64,000 nt of DNA from Candidatus Adlerbacteria bacterium (GTDB lineage Bacteria > Patescibacteriota > Minisyncoccia > Phycocordibacterales > SBAW01), in the NCBI GenBank assembly GCA_003135635.1, contig PLCJ01000002.1, forward strand, positions 109,451-173,450, in the 5' to 3' direction. This document shows positions 51,398 through 60,483 of this stretch, in pieces. Each line of letters starts with the position of its first letter. Within the stretch, counting starts at the first letter, position 1. The notes under the pieces were generated by a model, which saw only the letters and a program-made list of their open reading frames with translations, was not told the origin of the DNA and searched no databases. Made by a program: the position numbers and the translations under genes.

Positions 51398-52087
51398 GTG
51401 AAAGAGAGAGCAAAAGGAAAAGCGATTTTCATCGACGGTGCATCTGCACACGTTACGAAAAGCGCCCTCGGAATAGGGACATATAATTTTCACGGTCTCT
51501 ATGATGTATTGCGGAATGAGGTCGGCACGTGCCGCAGGATTGTCGGCATTCCAATCGTAACGGTGGGCCCCGATGCGTATGAAAGGGGATATGGACTTGT
51601 AAAAGATCTGGCAGGCGCCGGATTTAATGTCGTTCCAGCTCGAAGTGATAATGGGGAGGATGACGAGTTTATCAAGACGCGCATTCGAGGCCTTGATCCT
51701 CGGGAAGTCGAGGAGATTGTCATTTTTACTTCCGACAAGGACTTCATCCCGGTTCTTAGAGAAAAGGCCAATGTGGGGGTTAGGATTTATTGGGTCTCAA
51801 CCAAGCATCATGAGCCAGGTCTCAACCGTCACTGTCTTTCCCAGGATGTCATCCAATTGTGCATGACAACACCAGGTTTCAGTTTCGTCGAGATCGCCGA
51901 GTTCAAAGGGGCAATCACTGGCAAACGACCATGGTCAACCGCCACCGCCACTTCCTATAAAAAGGAGGACGTCACGATTGTTACGATCCGGCTTCAAAAT
52001 ATGTATAAAGAAGAACATGGGCGACTTATTCGCAGTATCCAGTCGCTTACTTCTGAGTTCGCCGGACTAACTTTCATCGTCGAGTAG
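51398..52087 (+). CDS. NYN/LabA-like domain protein
   Basis: IFIDGAS, GEDD, FTSDKDF; SD GAAAGGA; terminator 52126-52165. Confidence 0.78.
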   Translation: MKERAKGKAIFIDGASAHVTKSALGIGTYNFHGLYDVLRNEVGTCRRIVGIPIVTVGPDAYERGYGLVKDLAGAGFNVVPARSDNGEDDEFIKTRIRGLDPREVEEIVIFTSDKDFIPVLREKANVGVRIYWVSTKHHEPGLNRHCLSQDVIQLCMTTPGFSFVEIAEFKGAITGKRPWSTATATSYKKEDVTIVTIRLQNMYKEEHGRLIRSIQSLTSEFAGLTFIVE

Positions 52088-52274
52088 TAGTTCAACGGGG
52101 CCAAAGAGTTCCCAGTACTCTTCTTGAGGGCAGCATCACAATGTGACCTGCCCTTTTTCTTTTTAATATAATGAATCACCTGGTAAGGTAAAACGGCTCT
52201 AACATCGTCCGAGATGCGGTTACTTTGACTCATTTTTATATTTGAAGTAAGTTTGAAACGGAAAGGAGTCTCAT

Positions 52275-52703
52275 ATGGCCCAGTTGACCCTGGGAATGTA
52301 CAAGAAATTTCACGCTAAAAGGGGCTTGTTCGGTCTCCGCTGCGATCAAGTTCGCACTAGAGGAAGGATGGCTTCAGATGGAAGCGGCTGGTACAACAAG
52401 GAAGGTGAACGGCTCGGCGGTGGCAGCCTCTCGAAGTCTGACCTCCGTAAGATCGCACGCGGATTGGAGGAAGGTGAATTATTCATCATCCTTGATGCGT
52501 ACGAAGCCATGAAAGGAGGCGAACAACCTGGCGTCGGCTACGTCGCAAACAATGCTCGTTTGGTCATCGGCCGGAACCAGTGGTATTTCATCATCCCTCA
52601 CTTTTCCCGAGAGAAGAAAACACGGAAGGTGAAAGGATTGCAGTGCCAGGTTCTGACCCAGGATGTTTTAAAGACGCTTATGCTCAGTGGAGCCACCGTC
52701 TGA
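52275..52703 (+). CDS. Hypothetical protein
   Basis: SD GAAAGGAG; GWYNKEGE.LG.G.L...GELFIIL; terminator 52758-52787. Confidence 0.7.
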   Translation: MAQLTLGMYKKFHAKRGLFGLRCDQVRTRGRMASDGSGWYNKEGERLGGGSLSKSDLRKIARGLEEGELFIILDAYEAMKGGEQPGVGYVANNARLVIGRNQWYFIIPHFSREKKTRKVKGLQCQVLTQDVLKTLMLSGATV

Positions 52704-52895
52704 CCTTCCCGGGCGAAATCAAACCAACAGTGCAATGCTTCCCAGCACTTCTGTGATGAGCCCCTATGCACGGATGCATAGGGGCTCTCAGTTTTATATG
52801 TACACAATGGTGAATCACGTAGTGGGGGGTAGAGGGTCAAAACGGTTCTAGTGTCATCCACAACCTTTAGCACGTAAATTTGCTAAAATTACAGT

Positions 52896-53069
52896 ATGAA
52901 ATCGCTCAGATATATTGCGCTCATAGGAAATGCAATGTATATCCTCTGGATCTTGTATAATGGTATTGATGAAGGATCTCGTAGTGTTGGCAGTGTTGAG
53001 ATAGTCTCACTTATCGGTCTATTTTTTCTGTTGTTTCTAAATATTGTCCTCTTGTGGAGGCAAAAATAG
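52896..53069 (+). CDS. Small 2-TM protein (below ORF-track cutoff)
   Basis: 57 aa MKSLRYIALIGNAMYILWILYNGIDEG...; TGCTAAAAT 6 nt before ATG. Confidence 0.6.
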   Translation: MKSLRYIALIGNAMYILWILYNGIDEGSRSVGSVEIVSLIGLFFLLFLNIVLLWRQK

Positions 53070-53143
53070 TTCTGACGTCGTCCACAGGCTGCAGCTATTG
53101 ACAGTGGCGTATACTTAACTATATATCCATCCAATAATTAAAT

Positions 53144-53557
53144 ATGAAAAGTATTCATACTTTTGTGCATCGATTTAATAATCCAGATTTTGGCATTTTG
53201 CTTATTCGCCTTGCATTTGGCCTTGTGTTTATTAATGCTGGGTGGATGAAAATAACTTCGATGGACACTACTATCCAATCCTTTGGCACACTCGGCTTTT
53301 CTCCATTTCTTGCGTATTTCGTCGCATGGGCAGAACTTATCGGCGGTGTTGCTTTTATAGTCGGTATCTTTAGTCGCTACGCCGGGATTATACTTACCAT
53401 TATTATGGTGGTTGCGGTTAAAATTCTTTTTGTAAAAGGATTTTCTTTGGCGCATGGTGGTTATGAATTTCCTCTGGTGGCTATGCTTGGTTCGCTCGCG
53501 ATTGTGACATTTGGCTCTGGTGCGTATTCTCTTGCACGAATGCTCAAACGCCGATAA
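53144..53557 (+). CDS. DoxX family membrane protein
   Basis: LLIRL..G..F...GWMK, AELIGG, GYEF, GSGAYSL. Confidence 0.92.
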   Translation: MKSIHTFVHRFNNPDFGILLIRLAFGLVFINAGWMKITSMDTTIQSFGTLGFSPFLAYFVAWAELIGGVAFIVGIFSRYAGIILTIIMVVAVKILFVKGFSLAHGGYEFPLVAMLGSLAIVTFGSGAYSLARMLKRR

Positions 53558-53748
53558 AAATTCCTCGACCTGTTTGTAGAAGCAGTAGAGCAATCTACTA
53601 ATATAGTTCTAACGTTATACGCGACCTGCAGCATTGATAAAATTAAGATTGGTTTCATCATTAAAGCTTTCTATACCTGTTAAAGAGTAGTTAGTTGGAC
53701 AAACTCTCATTTTTCATGTAAAAGTAGATTCAGAAGGAGGGGTTCCCA

Positions 53749-54051
53749 GTGACAAAATCTCTTTGCCACGTGCTTCATATGGACGATACCAATTGCTTCT
53801 TGATTGTGGCATGGATGCCGATGCATGAGTGGAAATCTGTCCCCATCTCAGGAGCAAGTGAGCTTCAAAAACGCTACGACTACAGTCTTGACCTTTTTCC
53901 TGATGAAATATTCGGCTTGTTCATGTGGTATAGAGTGGCAAAAAATCCACCACTTCCAATCCGAAAGCTTAAAAGGGCTTTTGCTCTAGATCTGCAGCGT
54001 TACCTTGAACTTGACACTCGGCCTGAGATTGTTCCTACTCGATCTCAGTAG
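53749..54051 (+). CDS. ORFan
   Basis: TGGACA-17-TAAAAG, SD AAGGAGG, GTG start, terminator 54051-54074. Confidence 0.6.
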   Translation: MTKSLCHVLHMDDTNCFLIVAWMPMHEWKSVPISGASELQKRYDYSLDLFPDEIFGLFMWYRVAKNPPLPIRKLKRAFALDLQRYLELDTRPEIVPTRSQ

Positions 54052-54239
54052 ACCTCGCAATACCATGCGAGGTCTTTCTTTTCTAGTACTCCTTGACAGA
54101 TAGCATATGTATCAGCTAAATATGTCTAGTTCTTTGAGAAGGGGAGGTTGCCCCAACCTTAGGTCACTCAATTTCTAGGCGACTTTAGGCTACGACGACA
54201 CCTTCGCCCGACTAACGCACTAAGTATAAGGAGTAACCA

Positions 54240-54749
54240 GTGATAACAATTTCAGAAGCCAAACAGCGAGGGCCGCTCAGAGGCCACTTGCGTACAGTGC
54301 TTCCGATGGCCGAGCGATTTTCGGTCGGCAATGAAATACGTGTTGGAGCTGTCATCGGAAAACACCCGGTCACGCACGTTGGTCGCAACTTCCTGCAATG
54401 GTTCGGTTTCCTAATGGAAAACGTTCCGTCCGCCGAGATTAAAAGCTGGGGACTCGCCCCCACATCCACGGTTTCTCTCTCGAATCAATCGATCATAGAG
54501 TCGTTGGGAGGTGAGAAAACGGCAGTAACGTCCGTCGTCCGGATGGTCCAGGTGATAAAGCTCGGGGACTTAGGTCCCGGTCATTTTCACGGCTGGGACA
54601 ATCTGCACTACATCAGGCGGTTCGGAACAAACGAGATCTGCGTTGTTGCTTGGTCCCTCGCCGACAGAGGGCTGCGCTTCTACGCGTTTTCCATTTCGGA
54701 TTCCGATGGGGATGTGTGGCGCCCGGGCCACCGCGTCTTTAGCGGCTGA
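54240..54749 (+). CDS. Hypothetical protein resembling CPR DGR-target family
   Basis: TTGACA promoter, SD TAAGGAG, C-terminus W...W..G.RVFS with many C-ending codons; terminator 54771-54803. Confidence 0.65.
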   Translation: MITISEAKQRGPLRGHLRTVLPMAERFSVGNEIRVGAVIGKHPVTHVGRNFLQWFGFLMENVPSAEIKSWGLAPTSTVSLSNQSIIESLGGEKTAVTSVVRMVQVIKLGDLGPGHFHGWDNLHYIRRFGTNEICVVAWSLADRGLRFYAFSISDSDGDVWRPGHRVFSG

Positions 54750-54943
54750 TCTTTTACAACGCACAAATGCAAAGGGTATCGGAATAATCTGGTGCCCTTT
54801 TTTGTTTTATCTCTAAACAATGGTGATCCACTAAGGTAGTGTAGACGCACAATACTATCTCTATTGCTTTTGGTAACTTTCCCAAGCATAATTCCAAAAG
54901 ACCTGTCCTTATACTAAATACTAAAGATAGAAAGAGAGGCCAT

Positions 54944-55207
54944 ATGCGTACCATGCATGGAGCAAAGGCTAGGGTAGCGGCTCAACAGCGTGCCGCAAAG
55001 CACCTCTCCAGAGAATCTGTTGTCTTTCTTGGACACAGGAAAAACGATCAAGGAGAGACGGTTGGAGATTTCGAGTTTCAAGGTACTGAAACACGACTGG
55101 TCTCGCTCAATGAGGCTGGGTGGAGGCGGCGATTGCAATTCCTTAAGAAATCTGGATACCCTCATGACATAACCAAGCAGGTTCTTAAGGAATGGCCAGA
55201 TGAATGA
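54944..55207 (+). CDS. ORFan
   Basis: TATACT and purine-rich SD upstream; terminator 55237-55268. Confidence 0.55.
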   Translation: MRTMHGAKARVAAQQRAAKHLSRESVVFLGHRKNDQGETVGDFEFQGTETRLVSLNEAGWRRRLQFLKKSGYPHDITKQVLKEWPDE

Positions 55208-55310
55208 CATTCCCTGGCGTTCTTAAGTTTCGCGAAGGCATCGGATTACTCCGGTGCCTCTTGCTTTTACATATAGTTCCCAACCAAAAAACACCTTAAT
55301 ATAAGGTTGT

Positions 55311-55340
55311 TTTATAGATTAACATATGTTAATCTATAAA
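55311..55340. promoter_or_regulatory. Perfect 30-bp palindrome, probable autoregulatory operator
   Basis: TTTATAGATTAACATATGTTAATCTATAAA immediately before ATG 55342. Confidence 0.75.
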
Positions 55341-55341
55341 T

Positions 55342-55617
55342 ATGGCTATAAATAAGGATATTAATTACCAAACCTATATTTCAGCCCCAGAGTTGGCTAA
55401 GCTTATGGGCGTCAGTAGAATAACCATTTTTAAGAAAATAAAGGCAGGGAAAATACACGCACAGAAAGTTGGTAGAAACTACATCATACCCGCCGAGGAA
55501 ATAGCCATTGCAGTAGGAGAACTTGTCTCTCCTAAAAAGAAAGAAGAGATTGAGAAGGTAGTAAAAAGGGCGGTCAAAGAATACCGAGAGGCTTTTCAGT
55601 TGCTTGGGCGAGAATAA
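55342..55617 (+). CDS. Excisionase-type HTH protein, putative antitoxin
   Basis: ISAPELAKLMGVSRITIFKKIKAGKI.A.KVGRNYII; tail EYREAFQLL. Confidence 0.75.
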   Translation: MAINKDINYQTYISAPELAKLMGVSRITIFKKIKAGKIHAQKVGRNYIIPAEEIAIAVGELVSPKKKEEIEKVVKRAVKEYREAFQLLGRE

Positions 55618-55620
55618 ATT

Positions 55621-56088
55621 ATGGCAAGGAGACCGATAAAAAAATTGTCGGTTCTCGAAGTGGAATATGTAGCTCATCGGCTTGCGCAAGAGTTGATGGA
55701 ATATGGCGAGCCTATCCCTCCTTTCGATACTCGTTCTCCCCATCGCCTTGAAAGTTGTCTGGAAACACCATTTCAGAAATACCTCAATAAAAGTCTTTAC
55801 GACGGTATCATTCGCAAAGCAGCGATGCTTTTTTATTTGATGATAAAAAATCATCCGTTCCAAAATGGAAATAAACGAGTAGCAATTTTAACCACTCTCG
55901 TATTTCTTAGTCAAAATGGACGTTGGATTCAAGTAGACAATCTCCCTTTGTATGAATTTGCAAAAGAAGTAGCGAAGAGCGACTCATCCAAAAGTAAAGA
56001 AGAGGTAGAAAAGATAGTTGCTTTTATGACCACCAATATGATTCTTCTTCCTTTGGAAGATGAAATTATAGAGGATGAAACCATCTAG
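55621..56088 (+). CDS. Fic/Doc family (death-on-curing) toxin
   Basis: HPFQNGNKR motif. Confidence 0.88.
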   Translation: MARRPIKKLSVLEVEYVAHRLAQELMEYGEPIPPFDTRSPHRLESCLETPFQKYLNKSLYDGIIRKAAMLFYLMIKNHPFQNGNKRVAILTTLVFLSQNGRWIQVDNLPLYEFAKEVAKSDSSKSKEEVEKIVAFMTTNMILLPLEDEIIEDETI

Positions 56089-56188
56089 GGTAATTAAGTA
56101 TATAGTTCCCAATTGTTGTTACTTGACAGATACTTTGTACATGTTATCGTGTTAACAACTGATCTTTGTTTCTCAGAAAGGAACCCTA

Positions 56189-56551
56189 ATGCACTATAAT
56201 CGGCTACTTGCCTTGATAGGCATATTCTATGTCCTCTTCGGGCTTGCTCAGCTCCATCCATCTTGGATCACGGGTCATCTCAGCCGGAGTCTCGAGACCG
56301 GATTAACTGGTGGGATTCTTATCGTCGGGGCAGTCATAATGGGGATAATCATTTACGGCATGAGGCCGCACCTCACTCTCTTCCTTGTGTCGTTTGGAGC
56401 TCTGTTTCTTGAGCTTTGGATCGGTGTGAGGCAGCTCTTCGCAGGAGATTCTAGCGGATTTCCTCAACCGTGGCTGATCGTGCTTCCGCTTTTTAACGGT
56501 CTGATTATTATTCTCTACGCCCGTGATAAGTCCCCAAAGAGAGCGGGTTAA
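56189..56551 (+). CDS. ORFan membrane protein (4 TM)
   Basis: TTGACA-16-TATCGT, TGATCTTTG, SD GAAAGGA, repeat terminator downstream. Confidence 0.7.
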   Translation: MHYNRLLALIGIFYVLFGLAQLHPSWITGHLSRSLETGLTGGILIVGAVIMGIIIYGMRPHLTLFLVSFGALFLELWIGVRQLFAGDSSGFPQPWLIVLPLFNGLIIILYARDKSPKRAG

Positions 56552-56570
56552 GTGACCGTTGTTCAACTCT

Positions 56571-56613
56571 TCCCGCTTGAAGTAGTCTTGCTTCGGCGGG
56601 ACTTCTTTATTTC
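56571..56613 (+). repeat. 43-nt terminator-like repeat, copy 2
   Basis: TCCCGCTTGAAGTAGTCTTGCTTCGGCGGGACTTCTTTATTTC; 42/43 identical to reverse complement of 39452-39494. Confidence 0.92.
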
Positions 56614-56714
56614 CATACACCATCATAGTGAGCTGCGGGGTAGGGGATGTTAGAATCAGTCCAATTCCCATTACGGGGGTTTTGATTCATGAGTTCTAAA
56701 TTCATTTAAGCAGT

Positions 56715-57305
56715 ATGCTTGCACTTCTTATTACCTATAAATACGCAGTTCTTGTTCCTTTCACCATGATTGATGGCATGCTTGCTGCACTTTTGTGTGG
56801 GATTTTGGTTGCGCTTGGATACATTAATCCTTTTATTGCATATACACTGCTCGTCACATTCAATATCATTCCTGATGTTATCTACTATGCTCTTGGACGC
56901 TTTGGAATAAAGTCTGCAATAGTGAGGAGGCTATTTTCGCGCACAACTATATTTAATGAAAGTGTGAAAATAATGGATCGACTTTGGAAAAAACAAGGTT
57001 TCCTTACTATGCTTAATATAAAACTTGCCTATGGTCTGAGCGTTCCTTTTATCATCAGTGCGGGCGCGGTAAAAATGCGCTTCTCCGTATTTGTGCTCTA
57101 TTCACTCCTGACCTCTATGTTTATATGTGTGGTCTTAATTGTATTTGGATACGCGATCGGATCTTCCTACGCACTTCTGGAGGGTTTTAATCGCTATAGA
57201 AATCTTGTTTTCGCGGCAATGACCCTTATTGCATGTGGCATTCTCTTTCTCTCTGCAAGGCATTTCCGCTCCTACCCAGAGGAGGCCTCGCACACCACGT
57301 CATGA
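56715..57305 (+). CDS. DedA/VTT family membrane protein
   Basis: DVIYYALGR, KLAYGL, ISAGAVKM.F..F. Confidence 0.85.
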   Translation: MLALLITYKYAVLVPFTMIDGMLAALLCGILVALGYINPFIAYTLLVTFNIIPDVIYYALGRFGIKSAIVRRLFSRTTIFNESVKIMDRLWKKQGFLTMLNIKLAYGLSVPFIISAGAVKMRFSVFVLYSLLTSMFICVVLIVFGYAIGSSYALLEGFNRYRNLVFAAMTLIACGILFLSARHFRSYPEEASHTTS

Positions 57306-57362
57306 ACTATAGACGTTATATAAAAAAGTGTGGTATAAGATAACACCTCTACAAATGAGGCA

Positions 57363-58646
57363 ATGTGTATGAAACTAAGGGTATTAGCTGTTGCCAATCC
57401 ATGGTTTGATAGCAACTTCTTCTCTGCAAGCTCGATCATCTTTGCAGGCTCGTTTGTCGTCAATGTACTCAATTACCTGTTCACCCTCCTCATGAGTCAT
57501 CTGCTGGGGATTGAGGCGTTTGGTGAGGTTGCCGCAATGATCAGCCTTTTAACCATCGTCTCTGTGCCCTCAACTGCGCTTGCCATGCTTATGACGCGTG
57601 AAGTCGCGTTTCGCGGCGCTACCGATGGGGGGGACGTGCGCAATTTGTTTCTTTTCTTGCGTAAGCACGTACTTCTTGCTGCTTTAGGGTTTTGGATTCT
57701 TTTTCTTGCTGTTACGCCGCTACTTTCCCGTTTTCTCCACATACCCTACACACTCTTTCTTGTTTTTAGTATCTTGCTTCCATTCTCCGCCGCAAGCGCT
57801 CTTCAAAGCGGTACTCTGCAAGGCTTGCAGGAATTTTTTGCACTCTCAAAGCAAAATATTCTTGGCGCACTCATCAAACTTACAATTGCCATACTTCTGG
57901 TGTTTGCGGGATTCTCTGTGCTTGGAGTCATTGTGGCTCTGGTGTGTGCGCAGGGGGCGGCCTGGCTATTCGGGTTTCTTGTTACAAGGAGCGCTCTTAA
58001 TCTGAAAGAAAGGACACCTCTCCAAGCGGTCGATTCACGACCGCTGCAGTTATTTTTCTCCGTCACACTCCTCACCACGCTTCTGCTTGCACTTCTCTCA
58101 AACACCGATTTGCTCCTTGCCAAACACTTTCTGCCCAGCGCCTTGGCAGGGGAGTATGGCGCACTTTCAACGTTGGGGAACATCATTATTTATGGTGTTG
58201 GTGCATTTACGACGGTGCTGCTGCCGATGGTATCCGCCGCAAAAGCGCGAGGGGAAGGAGGGGAGAGGCGCATCCTTCGGCTATCGCTCAGCGTCATTGC
58301 GGGCGCTGCACTTAGTGCATGGGCCCTGTTTTCTCTTTTTCCGACAGTCTTTGTCTCGCTTCTTTTTGGAGCGCGGTACTTGCCTATTGCCCCCACCTTA
58401 GGGCACTATGCCATTGCCGATGGATGCATTGCGCTTTCCATCGCGCTCATTAACTATTTCGTGGCTGTGCGTAACACCTCGTTTCTGTACCTGCTGGGGC
58501 TTGGGATCGCGCTGGAAGTGGGGCTTATCTATTTCAACCACGCGTCAATCGCCACGATCGCTGTGATGTTTATTATCTCGTCAACTCTGCTCCTCGGGCT
58601 CATGTCCGCCAATTACTTTCTTACGCAGAGGATTCGTATCGCATGA
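57363..58646 (+). CDS. Oligosaccharide flippase (Wzx-like)
   Basis: About 12 TM; LNYLF...LG...FG; TDLLLAKHF...AGEY. Confidence 0.85.
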   Translation: MCMKLRVLAVANPWFDSNFFSASSIIFAGSFVVNVLNYLFTLLMSHLLGIEAFGEVAAMISLLTIVSVPSTALAMLMTREVAFRGATDGGDVRNLFLFLRKHVLLAALGFWILFLAVTPLLSRFLHIPYTLFLVFSILLPFSAASALQSGTLQGLQEFFALSKQNILGALIKLTIAILLVFAGFSVLGVIVALVCAQGAAWLFGFLVTRSALNLKERTPLQAVDSRPLQLFFSVTLLTTLLLALLSNTDLLLAKHFLPSALAGEYGALSTLGNIIIYGVGAFTTVLLPMVSAAKARGEGGERRILRLSLSVIAGAALSAWALFSLFPTVFVSLLFGARYLPIAPTLGHYAIADGCIALSIALINYFVAVRNTSFLYLLGLGIALEVGLIYFNHASIATIAVMFIISSTLLLGLMSANYFLTQRIRIA

Positions 58647-59590
58647 AAAAGAAACTTATCTCTATTGTTATCCCGGTGTATAACGAGGCAGAAAATGTTT
58701 TGCCTCTCTATGGCGCCTTGCGGGATGTGTGGTCACAGCTCTCCGACTATGACTATGAGCTTATTTTTGTAAATGATGGGAGTAATGATACGAGTGGCAA
58801 AGCCGTTCAGTCTCTTGTTTTGGCTGACAAGGGGGTGAAATACATAGAGTTCAGTCGCAACTTCGGCAAGGAGATGGCGACGACCGCGGGCATCGAGGCA
58901 TCTACGGGCGACGCGGTTATTATGCTTGACGCTGATTTGCAGCATCCACCGCAATTAATTCCCGAACTTATTGTACGCTGGGAGAGAGGTGCTGAGGTGG
59001 TTGTTGGTCTGCGCACGCGCAACCACGGCGAGGGCCTAACGAAGAGGGGCGGGTCTTGGCTCTTCTATCACATCATGGCAGCGATATCGGAGACCGATAT
59101 GCTTGCGGGGGAGACCGATTTTCGTCTTATCGATCGCACGGTTGCCACTGCATTCAATAATCTCTCCGAGCAGAAGCGCATGACTCGTTCACTCATCAAT
59201 TGGCTCGGATTCAAAAAAGAGTATGTGACCTTTGAAGCTCCAGCGCGATTGCACGGAGAGACTAAATATTCCACAAATAAACTTACTCGTTTGGCACTCT
59301 ACTCGTTTATCTCCAATTCGCTTTTGCCATTGCGTATGGCGGGATACCTCGGCATGACCGTCACGTTTTTTTCAGGAATTGTCGGTATCACAGTCTTTTT
59401 TGAACGGTATGTGTTTAATGATGCGCTCCATTGGCACGTCTCTGGTTCGGCGCAGCTTGCCATCATCGACGTCTTTCTTATCGGTATTGTACTTATGGCG
59501 CTTGGTATTGTCGCCTTATACATAGAGAATATACATACTGAGACATCAGGTCGGCCGCTCTATGTGGTGCGCAAGCGGGAGAACTTTTAG
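58643..59590 (+). CDS. GT2 glycosyltransferase (GtrB/ArnC-like)
   Basis: PVYNE, DGSND, SRNFGKE, DADLQHPP, 2 C-terminal TM, RPLY. Confidence 0.93.
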   Translation: MKKKLISIVIPVYNEAENVLPLYGALRDVWSQLSDYDYELIFVNDGSNDTSGKAVQSLVLADKGVKYIEFSRNFGKEMATTAGIEASTGDAVIMLDADLQHPPQLIPELIVRWERGAEVVVGLRTRNHGEGLTKRGGSWLFYHIMAAISETDMLAGETDFRLIDRTVATAFNNLSEQKRMTRSLINWLGFKKEYVTFEAPARLHGETKYSTNKLTRLALYSFISNSLLPLRMAGYLGMTVTFFSGIVGITVFFERYVFNDALHWHVSGSAQLAIIDVFLIGIVLMALGIVALYIENIHTETSGRPLYVVRKRENF

Positions 59591-59611
59591 TATTACAATG
59601 ATACTCAATCC

Positions 59612-60469
59612 ATGGAAAAAGAAAAAATAGGATTTATAGGTCAAGGATGGATAGGCAAAAACTACGCTGACGATTTTGAGCGGCGCGGGTTTGAGGTAGT
59701 GCGCTATAGTCTTGAGCCAGAATACCTCAGCAACAAGAGTGCAATCGGTCTGTGCGATATTGTCTTTATTGCAGTGCCAACACTAACCACTCCTGCGGGA
59801 TTTGATTACAGCATAGTCAAGGAGGTGGTGGGTCTTGTGGGCAAAGGAAAAACCGCTGTTATCAAATCAACCATACTTCCGGGGACAACGGAAAAACTGC
59901 AAGAAACATATCCTGAGATATATGTGTTTCATAGTCCAGAATTTCTTGCAGAAAAAACAGCCTCTTATGACGCAGCTCACCCGATTCGCAACATCATAGG
60001 TATGCCAATTGATACCGATGCCTATAGGGCGCGGGCGCAACGGGTGCTTGATATTCTGCCGGATGCGCCGTTTAAGAGTATATGTACTGCTAGTGAGGCA
60101 GAACTTATAAAGTACTCCAGCAACGCTTTTCTTTTTACGAAGGTGGTATTTGTAAATCTTATGTATGATCTTGCGCAGTATCTTGGTGCAGATTGGGAAG
60201 TGGTGAGGGCTGGCCTAAGTGCTGATCCACGTATCGGAACTTCTCACATGCAACCACAAGACAATAGTGGGCACTCAAAAAATATAGGCAGGGGAGCGGG
60301 TGGCCATTGTTTTATCAAAGATTTTGCTGCACTCGTCGATTTGTATGAGGAGCTACTACCTGAGGACAATGAGGGCATCAAGGTTCTTAAAGCGTTGGAG
60401 AAGAAAAATGCAAAGTTACTTCTAAAATCTGGAAAGGACATTGATATGCTTGAATCTGTTTATGGGTAG
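59612..60469 (+). CDS. UDP-glucose/GDP-mannose dehydrogenase family, short form
   Basis: GQGWIG, AVPT, KST..PGT, PEFL, DPRIG, GGHCF.KD. Confidence 0.85.
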   Translation: MEKEKIGFIGQGWIGKNYADDFERRGFEVVRYSLEPEYLSNKSAIGLCDIVFIAVPTLTTPAGFDYSIVKEVVGLVGKGKTAVIKSTILPGTTEKLQETYPEIYVFHSPEFLAEKTASYDAAHPIRNIIGMPIDTDAYRARAQRVLDILPDAPFKSICTASEAELIKYSSNAFLFTKVVFVNLMYDLAQYLGADWEVVRAGLSADPRIGTSHMQPQDNSGHSKNIGRGAGGHCFIKDFAALVDLYEELLPEDNEGIKVLKALEKKNAKLLLKSGKDIDMLESVYG

Positions 60470-60483
60470 ATCACGGAAAAAAG

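Noticed and set aside
51240-56620. Classical integron array
   Set aside because: No tyrosine integrase and no repeated RYYYAAC...GTTRRRY attC palindromes; isolated CTAAC words lack partners
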